NCBI GenBank assembly: GCA_003344405.1
Contig: NOWV01000027.1
Location: 124,001 to 188,000 of the forward strand
Source: Trichoplax sp. H2
Lineage: Eukaryota
Direction: 5' to 3'
Length of the DNA stretch: 64,000 nucleotides
The first letter of the stretch is position 1. Every line of letters starts with the position of its first letter. This document shows, one piece after another, positions 38,760-52,400 of the stretch. Made by a program: the position numbers and the translations under genes. The notes under the pieces were generated by a model. The model worked only from the letters and a program-made list of their open reading frames with translations, was not told where the DNA came from and did no database searches.

Positions 38760-41700
38760 TTAGTTGAAGAATTCGGCTAGACGAGGATCTGAGCGTAACT
38801 TTTGTTCTAGCGCCAGATACTTGTGCGGAGCTAGTTCTTTATGTCTGCAAAATAGAAAAGTAGATTTGAACATAAAATCAATTTTTACGACAAGTAAAAA
38901 TAGCTGTAACAGTAAGTTATCAAAGCAAAACTCAAAATTTAATGGTAAAATAAAGATATTCTAGACATGTACGCATAAAATGCGATAAGCAAATCGCTAT
39001 TTTATACCTGCTTATTACCCTCTCCCCTAAAAAAATTATTAAACTATTATTATCATTTACATGCTACTGTTGCAGCTGACTGTAGTCCAACATAAAGAGT
39101 ATTGTAGATCAAATGTGAACAGATGACTTCTTTACTTGTTTGTAACGTCGATTAATTTAAGAATGTAATTTTAGCATCTTATAGCGCCTTAAGGCTTTAT
39201 TAACTGTGTTCTGCTTAAACAAGAAACACAACATTAGGTTCTTTTTAATATCAACATGACTTAGACTTTACCGATTAAGTCGTAATTCCAAAATATGTAT
39301 CCTAAACATAGCTTCGCTACAGTAATTTAGGTATTCCTCCTCATCTTCCTTTTGCATAGATGCTTGATTCTGTTGATACCAGGCCTGTTTGCGTTGTAAT
39401 TCTTGTGTTTCCTAAGTAAAGTTAAATTTTAATCATGAGATAAATGATATTAGTCTATGGTAATTGCTCATACAGATGCAATATAATCATCGTGATGGCT
39501 TTAAGAATATTATTCATAGCGATATATTCGTGAAAGACTTGATATGGTGTCATATCATTAGATAAATTTTTATCTATGCGATACTGACTTTTTCAAATCG
39601 GCTTTGAATTAAGTTAGCTTGATCGATCAATCGCTGTTTAAGATCTTGTAAACACTTCTCTTTCAATTCGTAAGCATTACTTCGAGTGATATTTTCAGCA
39701 TTTTCGATTTGTGCCAAAAATGGTGCTAAATAATCTAATTCGCGTTCATCGCGATGTAGCTCTTCCTCGCGTTGTTGACGTAGCTGGACGAAGTTAATAG
39801 GGGAAAGAATAGTCCAGGCATTAATATATTATTATTAAAGCCATAAATTTATAGTTATTGACTAACTCTAATAGTACATTTGCAATTTATCTTAACCAAT
39901 GGCAATCAGAAAGCTTACCAGTTCTTCGCGATGCAATTTCGCTTTCACATTACGGTCGGTATCATACACCGAAATAGAAAGTTCTGATGCAGTTTCTTCT
40001 TTTGATCGATCAATTAATATTTCTCGAACCTAAATATGCAAATTTTAAGAGTAGGAGACTTAAATATATGAAACTTATTCCAAATTTTTATCAATGATTT
40101 TCAATTATGTTTTTCTTTAAATTTAACAATGACAACTTACTTCTGCTTCAGATGCTCTAACCGCATCGATACTTTTCAATTCTTCACTAATGAGTGAAGT
40201 TAACATCTCATAAAGATGGCGTAGTTTAGGCTGTTTCTGATGTATATCGACCTATCAAGATATTTCTTTCATATTATCATCACCAGGTAATTTAATTATT
40301 TTATTACTTCACCTAGACTAAACACTAGGGCTGTCATTATTTACATCCATTGCTATACTGCTTTAAATTGTCGATTTAGATTATCTAATTATTAATATTA
40401 TACATAAATTACCTGAAATGTTGATGTCATATCTGGTGTCATTGATAAAGTAACACCTTTATCATGAGCATTTGCTGGTTTTAGGAATTCTCTTTTTGAT
40501 GCTGTAATACGATTATCTCCAAGGTGATAAATTAATTGTATTCTGTTATCCGAGATTTGAAATATTCTTTCAGCTACATCATCATCAGCTAATTTCTCAG
40601 CGTTTCGATTAAATCTCTCCACAATTTTCTAGCAGTGATAACGATATTATTATTATATTACATTAAACATATATTAAATAACATTGTATATATTGAATAA
40701 ATTGATAAGTTTGTCTTCTGTGTTATAAAACTGTACATGTGTATGTTATATAGTCAAATAATTTCAAACTAATTATTTGAATATGCACCAAAATTGGCCT
40801 TTCAGATTCTGTCATCGGATTATATTTCTTTGCAGGGCCAAATTTTTTTGCACGACTACCAAAATATGTTGCTCGATAATATAGGAAATCAGGTCGGTCT
40901 TTAAAAGTTTCTACCATCGATGTTGGCGTTTCCTCTCGGCTAACAAGTCCATCGACTCGAGCACTATAAATTAACAGTATCAAAGTATAATTTATATGTT
41001 ATGGGCAGAATCTCTAATTGTAAAATAATTTAGCAGAAAAAATCTGAACGATGATTAGCATTAGAATTTGGACCGATATATGCTATAAATATGAATATTG
41101 TAATTCCACTATATATAACTTCAATTTCTCACAAGTTATATGAGATGGATCTGCATAGATAGATCCGCATAATGATAATCGTAGTACATCAGATCATATT
41201 TGCTATAAATACGGGTATACATATATTTCATTAGTGATGCACAGTAGTTTTAATATCTTACGGGCTATAAAATATCATCACTCTTTCATTCTCAGGCCCT
41301 GGAGCGGAATATTGAAAGGTGTGCTCTGAATCCAATTTGAAAAAGAAGTCAAATTAAATTATTAATTTTTAGACTTTCTTATTTATAGTACTAGTCGTAG
41401 GATATTTAATAAAAACCTTTAAGTGCTTGCATTTTGCCGATATTAGACCCAATACGACCTGGAGAAAATTCTTCAGTAATTTTACCGGTGGTGTGATCAT
41501 AACAACGCAAATTTAATTTATCTTTGCGATGTTTAAACCACTCTTTTGTTTTAAGCACATTTTTCACTGTAATTTGCAATCAAATTATATATTACTAACT
41601 TGACAGCTCAAAAACTACATTGCTTAAAGCGCTTCATTAGGAAGTATGTTATATCGCTATCAAATAATTACTTTCAATATCGTCGAATATGGATAGTTTT

Positions 41701-43887
41701 GTGATCAAGCCATCTCGGACTAAATATTCAGCAAATTTTTCCAATTTTGCTCTTTTGTACAAAATAGTTTTTTTGCCTTGAGGACTTCGTGTCTGATACT
41801 CTAGTAAAATTAATTGTAATCGGAGTATAGCTAATTGGAACTTGAAAGTTTACCACACCGTACTGTATTTACATACGAGTGTTACATAGATTTGCTTCGC
41901 CTGAAATCCAATAATATCGGCAATAGTAAAATTTACCTGTGCGTGATATCTCAATCGCTTCAATCCATACTGGCGGTAAATCAATCTGTTCATCTTTTAT
42001 CTCCTCCTGAATGATTAATAAATTGGTTGAATAATTAAATTGTAGCTGCAAAATTTTAATTCACACAAAATTCTGCACTATACACAAACCTCATCATCAT
42101 CAAGATCCAATATACTATCATCTTCTTTTTGATGAAGTGCTAGTAGTGGCTTATCAACATTAGGGAATAAAAATTCCCACTTTGCAGGGTCTCCTAAATC
42201 GTAAATCATGTTCTGAATAGTATAATTAGAATAATTTTGTCAGTTTTGATTACTGTTAAAAGCCGGCGTTAGGTCGTATACTTTGAATTTGTAAAACAAT
42301 AAAGAAATGATCTAAATTTTTAATACCTGTACACCTTCCGAACAGTCTTGCATGTTAACCCAAAAATTTAGATTGTTCCATACGCATTCAATGCCGAGGT
42401 AGTTGTCATCTTGAGCTGATCTAGCTTGACCAGTTAATGGCTCAATAAAGAATGTTTCAGCGACTTCACGCTTTCCGGATAAAATCATAACCCAACAATG
42501 AACTCGTAAGCCATGCAATGGATCTGGTTTGGGCTTTTCTAGTGCCTACAAATGGTGAATTTTTGTTAATCATTTACAACTACCGTAAATTTACAAATTT
42601 ATCAATCAAGAATTAGGCTAATAGCTTACAGCAATCCTTTTCAATTCTATTTCCTTCTGTTTATTTTCTTCATTCTTAATTTCTTCTACCCTTTTCTTAT
42701 CTTGATCACGTAAATACTTACTGCGCAAATCTTTTGGTGGTTTAACAGTATACTTATTTTGTTCTTTAGTAGCCTCTACTTCTACTAACTGTTTAATATC
42801 ATAAATATAAATGATAATTTACATTAGATTTACTGTCATTGACGACATGGACAATACAAGTGTACACATGAAATGTAATTTACCTCTTCCTGTTGAGTTA
42901 TGAGTGGACAAAATTCTCGACTTTGATCCATGTATGTTGTCTCGCGAGAGGCGTAGCCAAGAACGCAATATGCATCATATCCTACTCCAAGGAGCAATGA
43001 GCACAATAACATACTGAAATCGAAGCTATTGCCTTTTTGCCTTCTCAGAATTGTCGTCGAAGAGCACAAAATATTGGGCTAATCAAATCAGAAAGTTATT
43101 TAAATCAAAAGAAGTTGTAGGAAAGGTATTTAGAAAACTATCTCAGCTTTATTTGATGCATTAATGTCATCTTATTTTCAACTTACTGGCTCTGTTGTTG
43201 GTGTTAACGGTTCAAATGTTAAAAAATCGGAGACAAAAGTTGCTGCTCCATCGTAAGTATACAGTTCTTTATATGGTAATTCGGTTGGATGTAATGAAGT
43301 GCAAATCAATTTCTAGTGATGTTAAAAATGATGAATGCATCAAGATCACTTTCTACATCATATTAATTTATTTATCCTCAGTACAATAATCAGAAAGTTT
43401 TAGAACAGAATATTTACCTCTATTCCGCATTCGTTAAGTGGTGTCATAAACAGTGGCTTTCGATCGCGATATAGATGTGCAAATTGTTTCTTAAAGTTAT
43501 CGCAATATGACAAGATTAGTTCTTCCTTTTGTGAATTCTGGGTGTATGATAACGGTAGTTGATCTACATCAATATCATTTGGTCTAATAAAAATCAAAAT
43601 AACGAATTTGTTAAAGCAAGAAAAATATATTGTTAATCTATAGATTTGAGTGAGAAGTGACACGTCGCTAGTTCTAATAAAGCCTAGAAAGTATTGTTCG
43701 ATAGTCTTTGCCTGAGTTGATTTAAAATCGTAATAACCAACTACTATCACTCTTCATTGGTAATTATTTATTAGTTAGTAACGATAAAAGAATTCGACTT
43801 CTATTTTAGCATGAGTAGATCTACTTACAGATCGATTTTTGGAGCTTCAATTGTGATTGAAGCTAATCTCTTCTTGAGTTCTTCCAT
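38760..43887 (-). CDS. DRC7: Dynein regulatory complex subunit 7 (CCDC135), multi-exon
   Basis: YRDRKPLFMTPLNECG, QKGNSFDFSMLLCSLLLGVGYDAYCVLGYASRE, DPLHGLRVHCWVMILSGKREV, YLGIECVWNNLNFWVNMQ, ends KLRSDPRLAEFFN*. Start codon position inferred. Confidence 0.9.
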
Positions 43888-44122
43888 ATCTATTGAACAT
43901 ATGGTAGAATACCAGTTACCATTAAGGTTTACAATAATCTATTGACTATCGTAATGGAGATTTTTGGAATATTTAAAGAACGGATCGCGTTGAAAGATGA
44001 TACGCTGAAATTAAAGCAACAACCTTGTAATAGTTTAATGGATCTTTTTAGAGGATATTCGAAGATATAGCGATGAGCTATAGTAAATCATTAGTTGTAT
44101 CATCATCGCTGAAATTGAATTT

Positions 44123-44135
44123 GTTGCATAGCAAC
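44123..44135. promoter_or_regulatory. RFX X-box-like palindrome GTTGCATAGCAAC upstream of the ciliary gene DRC7
   Basis: Palindromic GTTGC-ATA-GCAAC about 240 bp upstream of the inferred DRC7 start codon. Confidence 0.65.
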
Positions 44136-45458
44136 GGTAAATGATTGAAAAACGCATGCGCAACTTTCTTCCTACTGGTAGGCAAGGTACACAAATAGTA
44201 ATCTGGCCCTATACTGTGTAACAATACCGTTTACCAGTAAAGGTAGTGTCGATGAAATCAACACTGCTATTGCACCTTATCGGTTACTGTATTTGCAAAG
44301 CTAGAATAGAATCTGCTCGAGCCTTATGCAATAAAGAGCATACAAAATAATCTTAGAGCTATATAAATATAAAGTTGAGCCTGATGAATTATTAAAATTT
44401 GAATATTTCTTCACCTTATCTGTCAAGAAGAACTCACCAATACTAGAGTAAAGAATAGTGCAAATCTAATGTTGAAACGGCCGGTCTCAGCTAGGAATAT
44501 TTGCAAGTGATTTCTACAATATTGCATCACGAACAGGCGAGTACTTTTTGATTGTGGATTAACCTGAGAATCCTTGAAGGTAGTTGTTTGCCTGTTATAA
44601 CTACATATATGTACACTATAATCACTGATGTATCATTGTCAACTATATGATTGATCTATACTTGTTACAGATGTATTTTAAAGTTTTAAATTTTACTATT
44701 TGAAATTATTTAATTATAAATAATGAGTCCCTGGTGTCGTAAAGCTCCCTAGCCGGCATTCACAACAATGTTTGTATTGCATCGAATGCAATATGGAAAT
44801 TGCAACCTAGCATGTGGCTATTTATTTGCAACTACGCCCTCATATCTCTGTGACTACTTAATTGTTATACTATAATAAATATGAGCTGCGAAGATCAAAG
44901 CTCAAAACAGATTTTTTTTGCAGTAAAGTTGTAGGGAACACAGTCCGTACGTCAGTTAGCTATATCGATAAAGTGCGATAGATTTGTTTACGGAGTTATA
45001 GGGACTCCAGTCTGCTACTATAAACTGCTGAAGTAAACGTAAGATAGGATCCTTAGTAGATGATCGCATATACCGTCTTTCGGCAGAAGCATGAGTTTTT
45101 CTCAGATAAGAGTGTGATCGATTGTTAGATTCTTGCCAATTATGATTGTTATTAATTGCTATTTTCCTTTACAGAAATTTTGCTAAATACGTATGATGCT
45201 TTTTTCTCGCGGATTGAATTTGGCAAGTAGCTGCAAAAACTCTCACAAACTTACTTCCAGGTGGAATACCTTGAGAACCTTGTATGTGGTACATGTAGAT
45301 AGTATTAAAATTTAAAATTGAAGTGTTTCCTATTGATAAATTGGTTGTATTGGTGAAGGATTACATGCACGTAGCTATGTGATCGTAGTATATGAGCAGT
45401 TATATTTAACGGGTGATCATTTCTTTTGTACTACAAATACTGAATGTATTGAATTAGA

Positions 45459-47092
45459 TCATCAACAAATAAATCTCAAGCTGAACTAACTGACAAAGCT
45501 GCTATAAAAAGTCGGCAATGGTATGACGATAGCAAGAAGCGATGTACTTTCATTAACGGCCGCTTTGTTGATCCCTGGCAAGAGTTTCGACTCCCTTCCT
45601 TAAGCGATGCATGGCAAATTCTATTTAATGAAAAAGATGAGAGTAATATTCCTTCTAAACAGGTCGTGTGATAGCATAAAGTTATCCATATACTTCTGTT
45701 CTATAAATTTATTTATTGGATCTTTATCGTTATTTAGGTCTTAGATTCAATCTTACCGATCGTTACACCAGATCATAATCTATTAGCAAGTCCCCCAGTT
45801 GATAAGATTACTACCACTTGGATAGGTCATTCAACATTGCTAACCCAATTTGAAGATTTATCTATCCTAACTGATCCAATCTTCAGCGATAGATGTTCGC
45901 CTTCACAATTATTTGGACCTAAGCGATATCGAAGTGTACCATGCAAAATAAATGAATTACCACCAATTGATGCTGTATGCATCAGTCATAACCACTACGA
46001 CCACTTAGATTATAATTCAGTTGTTGAACTTAACCGACGTTTTCATGATCAGTTGGTTTGGTTTATCCCAAAAGGTTTAAAGAAATGGTTTCAAGAGTGT
46101 CATTGTAATAATATCATAGGTAAGCACATTTTTACATTTACATTCGTCACCAGACTTTTGCATTATTTAACTAAGATAAACCTAAATCTGCAACGGTTTT
46201 TGCCACATCAGAACTTGACTGGTGGGAAGAATGCAATCATCCATTTCGTAAGAAATTTAAATTTATTTTCGTTCCAAGTCGACATTGGTCTAAAAGATCG
46301 CTATTTGATACTTGTGGATCTTTATGGGGAGGATGGATAGTTACTGGATCTAATCATAATGTAACTAATTATGCTTTGGCATATCTTCACTTATCGTGAT
46401 ATGCATAAAACGAATAATTCACTAGTATTAGTGATACAATAATGTATGATTAAATCTAAAAATACCACGTATGCCTTCTTGTATTTTACATGCCATTCTA
46501 AGATAAAATTATACTATTGTGTCAGTACCTTATGAAAGCTAGTGATTATCTTTAATCAATTAAATCGCTTAAAACTCTCATTCATCCATTGAACTCTCTA
46601 GTTTTACTTTGTGGGTGATACTGGATATTCTGATATCTTTCAATTAATTGGCCATTCCTACGGTCCTTTCGACCTTGCTGCAATTCCTATCGGCTGCTAT
46701 TTACCAAGGTACTAAATAAAATATATTACGCAAGCATTGGATGTAGTTTTATGTAATCATCTAGAACCCATCTGTTTCACCATACAGGATCTTAATGAAG
46801 AATCAGCACGTAAATACTGAAGAAGCTGTACAGATCCATCATGATATTAAATCAAAGAATTCTTTGGGAATTCATTGGGGTACATTCCAACTTAGTTACG
46901 AAGTGAGTATTTTAGATTTATATTTTGAAAAATCTCTTTAAATTATATCCGAAATGTCAAATTAATTTTTTTGGACGGTTCCAGCATTATCTAGATCCTC
47001 TACATGAGCTAAAACGTCTAACAGCGCAAGAATCAATGTCTGGCTCTGATTTTTTTGTATTGCACCATGGAGAAAGCAAGATTATTTCTTGA
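45459..47092 (+). CDS. NAPEPLD: N-acyl-phosphatidylethanolamine phospholipase D (metallo-beta-lactamase fold); first exon uncertain, probably further upstream
   Basis: [70 protein letters not shown]; stop TGA 47090-47092. Confidence 0.92.
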
Positions 47093-47211
47093 AAATATAT
47101 GCAGGGAAATTAATAATTTATTAAAACACTTTTGAATCAATGTATTAAATCAATGATCATAGCTTTTCAGTAAGAGGTATCACTTGTACCTTTTCACACA
47201 TAAAGAGTCGG

Positions 47212-47700
47212 TGTGATGGAGGGTTCGATATCTCAGAGGATTGAGATTTAGTCGCCATTTACAATTATTACAACAAAGGTGTTATAAAAGTTATGCTTTA
47301 TTGTAGGTTAGTAATGTGAAGTACAGTGAGGTAGTTACGGTAGATCAGCGTGCAAGCTGTTGTGAGTAACGAGTAGAAGTATTAGACAGTGAGAAACTAA
47401 CTAGAAGACTAACTGAGAGGCTAATGAACTCTGAGGTAGAAATCGCCGGTGTTTATAGTAGTTTTAAAGATAGAGCACATGCAGAGAATAGGATTGTGGA
47501 ATTAGATACAACATATACCATAACAGGTTAAAAAATAGCAGATGATTGTAGAAAACAGCAAGTACCGTAATAACTAAATATAGTAGTCTATATATGAATG
47601 TAGAGTAAGCGGACTGTAGATCTGTCTAAATATAAGAGCAATACAACATGTCTATATTTAAGAGTAGAATATAGTTATAGTATATTCTAAATACACTACA
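47212..47700 (-). mobile_element. Solo LTR of an LTR retrotransposon, 489 bp
   Basis: TGT...ACA termini with a perfect 5-bp TSD GTCGG (47207-47211, 47701-47705); minus-strand TATA-like (about 47452-47457) and AATAAA (47297-47302) in the expected order. Confidence 0.8.
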
Positions 47701-49409
47701 GTCGGCATTAATAAGGTGGGATACTTAAGTCAGTTACACTATTTAGCAAAAGAGCAAATAATTTTACGAATTTTTAAGTAAAATTATTCGTTAATAATAA
47801 TATTAATTAAAACAACGTATCATACTAATATCTAGTAGTTGAAATCATTGCCGTTTCTGATGATTTCGTCTGCATGTAATAGTGATATCATTTACTTTAT
47901 CTTAATTTATAAACTTCTTGTTTTATACCTTTTGCTATACACTTAAATATGGGATTATGGAATACTAATTTATCGTTCGCATTCGACAATTCAGTTACTG
48001 TGCATATTTTTCTATCACTGCAAAGTAGTGATATTTTTAAATTTCGTGATAGCTCTCTACTCAATAAAGGCTCTACATAGAAACCTTCGCTATGACAAAT
48101 GGCAAATACGGTAGCAGTGGTACTGCTTACTGTGGTCGAATTTATAAGTACACATACTTATCAGTAAAATGTTTGATATCCTCCACTTCCGAAAAGCAAA
48201 CCGAGTAGATATTTAATAGGAGTGCCTTAGGTGGTGCTTAGTATTGAGATTCTAAAATATTGAGGTTGACCGCATGTCTTCTCTGCAGATAATCAAGGAC
48301 TACTAAACACATACTTTTAAATTCTAATTATACTACAGTATGTCTTACATTGAGGCTTTGCGTTTAGTAGTCCCTGAAATAAATGATGTTTAAAACTTTG
48401 TAATCATAAAATAAAACGGCAAATGCCTAGACGCGTATAGGTATACTTGTATTAACGGTCCTGTATAACTGTTACGAATAAAATGATGTCATATCCGGAA
48501 AGCACTTGTAGAAATATAGCAGAATTCTTCTACCGCTGTGAATCGATATTGGTAATAGATTAAATCTACTTTAACTTTGATTTCCTTCCATTCTAGTGCG
48601 CTAAATTTACGAGGTGTCCTGATATTGATGCAAGTGCGGGTAACACTTCGTAGACAGTTTACAGTAGTGTAGACTATTTTACGGAAAAGTACAGTATAAT
48701 ATATATCAATTATGTAACTGCACTCATAAGAAATTATAGACATGCACTCTTCAGTACATAACAACTACAGTACAGTAACATAAGCTAGAGATAATGTATG
48801 AATGTAAAATTGTAAGCTAATCAAATTTAGCGATAGTTGCAGTCTAAGAGCACAGAAATTCATGTGGTTACCATAGAATTAACTTTGTAACAAGAATAGT
48901 AGTTTTTTTGCTGTAAATATGTATTATGAGGAAATATATACTTCTTGTCAACTCCTATTATTTAATAATACCACAAATTATGCTAGGCTTCTTATTATCT
49001 ATTGTAGGAAATTTCACTAGAGGAATACTTTGCATAGTAATAGTGATTAGTAAGAGCCATCCATAGCCCTCTGTTGTCTTTTACTGTTGTAGATAACAGG
49101 AGAAAAGAGATAGCAAGCTCATTGTATAACAAATGACCACTTTACTGTCAACCATTAAACATGTCTTATGAGATCATGTCGCGTATTTTCGCAACATTTT
49201 AAGATAATCAGAACTGGTAACCAATAATATCAAGTTAACATGAACTAATACTAAATTGTTTTCTACTGATTGAATTTTTACTTTAACGCATTTAACGACG
49301 GCTGCTAAACAAGTTAAAAATGAAGCAATAGCTTAGCCTACACTATTTTCGTATTTAGAATGTTATCTCGTATTTTGTATTATGATGATCACTTAATGGC
49401 ACCAAATAA

Positions 49410-52400
49410 TTAAGCAATCATTTCCTTAACAGCTCTGACAATTGCAGTTGAGTCAATTCCGAACTTTTGCATCAGCACCGAACCAGGGCCGCTACGTGGG
49501 ATTGCATTGACAGCTAAACGACGAATAGTAATATCTCTTTCACCACTAGCTACACCAGCTACAGCTTCACCAAGACCACCTACGATTGAGACAATTGTTA
49601 GAAATACTTTTCAAAGGCAATAATATTCATGAACTGCAGGTAAAAGCATCAGTTTACCGCACGTACCTTCATAATAATGATCCTCAACAGTTATAATTTT
49701 TCCGTTTGTTGCTTTGGCACTTGACAAGATGGTATCGCCATCAATGGGCTTCAAAGTGAAGATATCGACTACTCGGATATTAATGCCTTCTCCCTTTAAA
49801 GTATTAGCAGCAGAAATTGCTTCATGAAGTGTAACACCTGCGCCAACTACCGTCACTGCGTCGTTATCGCTCTTTACTACAACCTGTCATTAAACATTAG
49901 AGTTTCTTCTATTTAGTACAGTCCGTGCTAAACCGAAAAAGCTAATTCAACGTACCTTTGCCTTTCCTATTTCGAAGATTTCGTCATTTCCATAAAGTAC
50001 GGCAGTCGCTGGGCGGCTTGAACGTGTGAACGTAATACCGTTGTAATTTGCAGCCAATTCAATTGCTCTTTCACAAGACACAGCATCACTAGGATAAAAA
50101 ACAACCCCTCCAGGAATCGTACGAAACATCGCTAAATCTTCTAAAGCCATTTGAGAAGGTCCATCCTCTCCTATAAGCAGTAATTATTACACAAATATTG
50201 TAAGTGATCCCATAATTTAAATGTATTATGCAGTAAAATCAAAATATATGATGGATAGTTGACGTAGTTTACCGATAGAAATGCCAGCATGTGAGCCACA
50301 GAAATTAACTTTAGTTTGAGAAATAGCGCCCATGCGAATCTGGTCGAAAGCTCTGGAAAAAAATGCACCAAACGTACTAACAAATGCAACATGGCGATCA
50401 CGAGTGGCACATCCCACCGCAACACCAACCAAATTTTGTTCAGCAATATAACATTCAATATATCTTTCAGGATGGGCTTTCTTAAAAGTTATAGCAAACG
50501 TTGAATTCTTTGTATCACCATCCAAGGCAATTACTCTATCATTTGACTTGCCGAGTTTGGCCAATGCAGTACCATAAGCTACACGGGTTGCAACCTATCA
50601 TGCATAATTATATAAATATGTAAACATTTTTTAAGAATTACCAGCTATTTACCTTACATAGTAATTGTAACGAAACATCTGATAGATTAACCTTATCTCC
50701 CAGTTTGTAATTGGGAGGTTCAGATAATGTTATTTCATTAATGTTAACTCCTGGAGCGTCATCGATGACAGGCTGTGGTTGGGGTAATTGACTATCACTT
50801 ATTAATGAGCTAATGGCGGCAATAGCTTCATCTGCTTTAGCACCAAGTGCTTTACCATGCCAATTTTCCTCGTCTTCAATATCTAATTCACAAAGACAAA
50901 TTTTTAACGTCAACGATCATTTTATGTTTAAGAGTAGTTTTAAAACAATACCAACAGGGCGTTGTGAGGTAGCATTACTAACTAGGTATCCCTTTTCCTT
51001 TCAAAGTTTTTGCTATTAAGCAAGTTGGTCGTCCCTTAACGGTATTAGCTTCATGCATGGCACGACAAAGTTCTTCAATATCATTTCCATCAACAATTAC
51101 TGCATTCCATCTATCGCCCAAAATGAATACATGTTAATGTATGGAATGCAGTTCTATACTTTCTTATTGATTAGTAGTAGAATACATCGCTAATCGTAAT
51201 CTAATCTAGTCGAATGTTTTTTTTTAACGAAAGAGATATTTAATGATAACGAATCCTGTGCAATAAAAATTAAAATGATTTTATTATGAAATAACGGTCT
51301 ATTGTAGAGTTAGTATATCCCTAAATGTGCGAATATGTAAAGGTCGCACCATAAACAGTAATTGCTCATGAGTACAATACTTTCAAACTTCAGAAGCGCT
51401 ATAAAACTATTAAAGAAGCGATATTATGTGGTACATCGTATTATGTAACCTTAATACTATATTTCGTTACCCGAATCCATCGAAACGTTTACGATATGCT
51501 TCCAAATTATGCTGTAGCGAAGTCGGTTCACTCTGTCCAAGTCGGTTTACATCCACAATACCAACTAAATTGTCGAGTTTGTAATGACTAGCAAAAGCAA
51601 CAGCTTCCCAAATGCTACCTTCAGCCGTTTCACCATCTCCCATAAGACAGTATACACGGTAACTGAATATATTAATTATATAATTATCAAAATAAGGACG
51701 ACAGTTTTTGTAATCTATTTACAAATCGTTGCTGCTACTTCATAGGATACAAATAATCATTAAATATGAATAAATTTTCAATGTTCAAAATATTATTATT
51801 AAAACGTTCTCTGCTATTTCCTTATACCTGGCATTATCGAAATATTTCCCACTGTAAGCCATTCCACAGGCAACACCCAAACCTTGTCCTAGTGATCCAG
51901 TGGCCACATCGATAAAATTCAATCTCTATAAAAAAGGGAGGTAAGTGCTGAGTTTTAGTACAATTCTCTGAACTACGAGATAACCTAAATTTTATCTAAA
52001 TCTGAATTTGTGGTATTTCGTAAATCAGTAGAACGCTTACAAAGTGACTACGAGATATAGTGATACTAATTAAATCAGTCAAGGTATTCGAACTTATGCG
52101 TATATCTATTAAAATTCATCTATAAATTTTGCATAATTGTAGCAAAAAACTATTCACGGTTGCTTCTATTTGAATCTGCATCGCAATAACTAAATTTTAC
52201 TATAATTGCCAAGTATACATCAAGATAACGTATGAGTATCTTAAAATTTAAAATAATCAAATAATCGCTGTACTGGTGTCGGATGTCCTTCCAAGTCAGA
52301 GTCAATCTTTCTTAGATTCATTAACTCAGATTCTGAGAAAAGGCCTGCAAGTTGCCATGCAGCGTACAAGATAGGAGCACAATGACCCTTTATAAAAATT

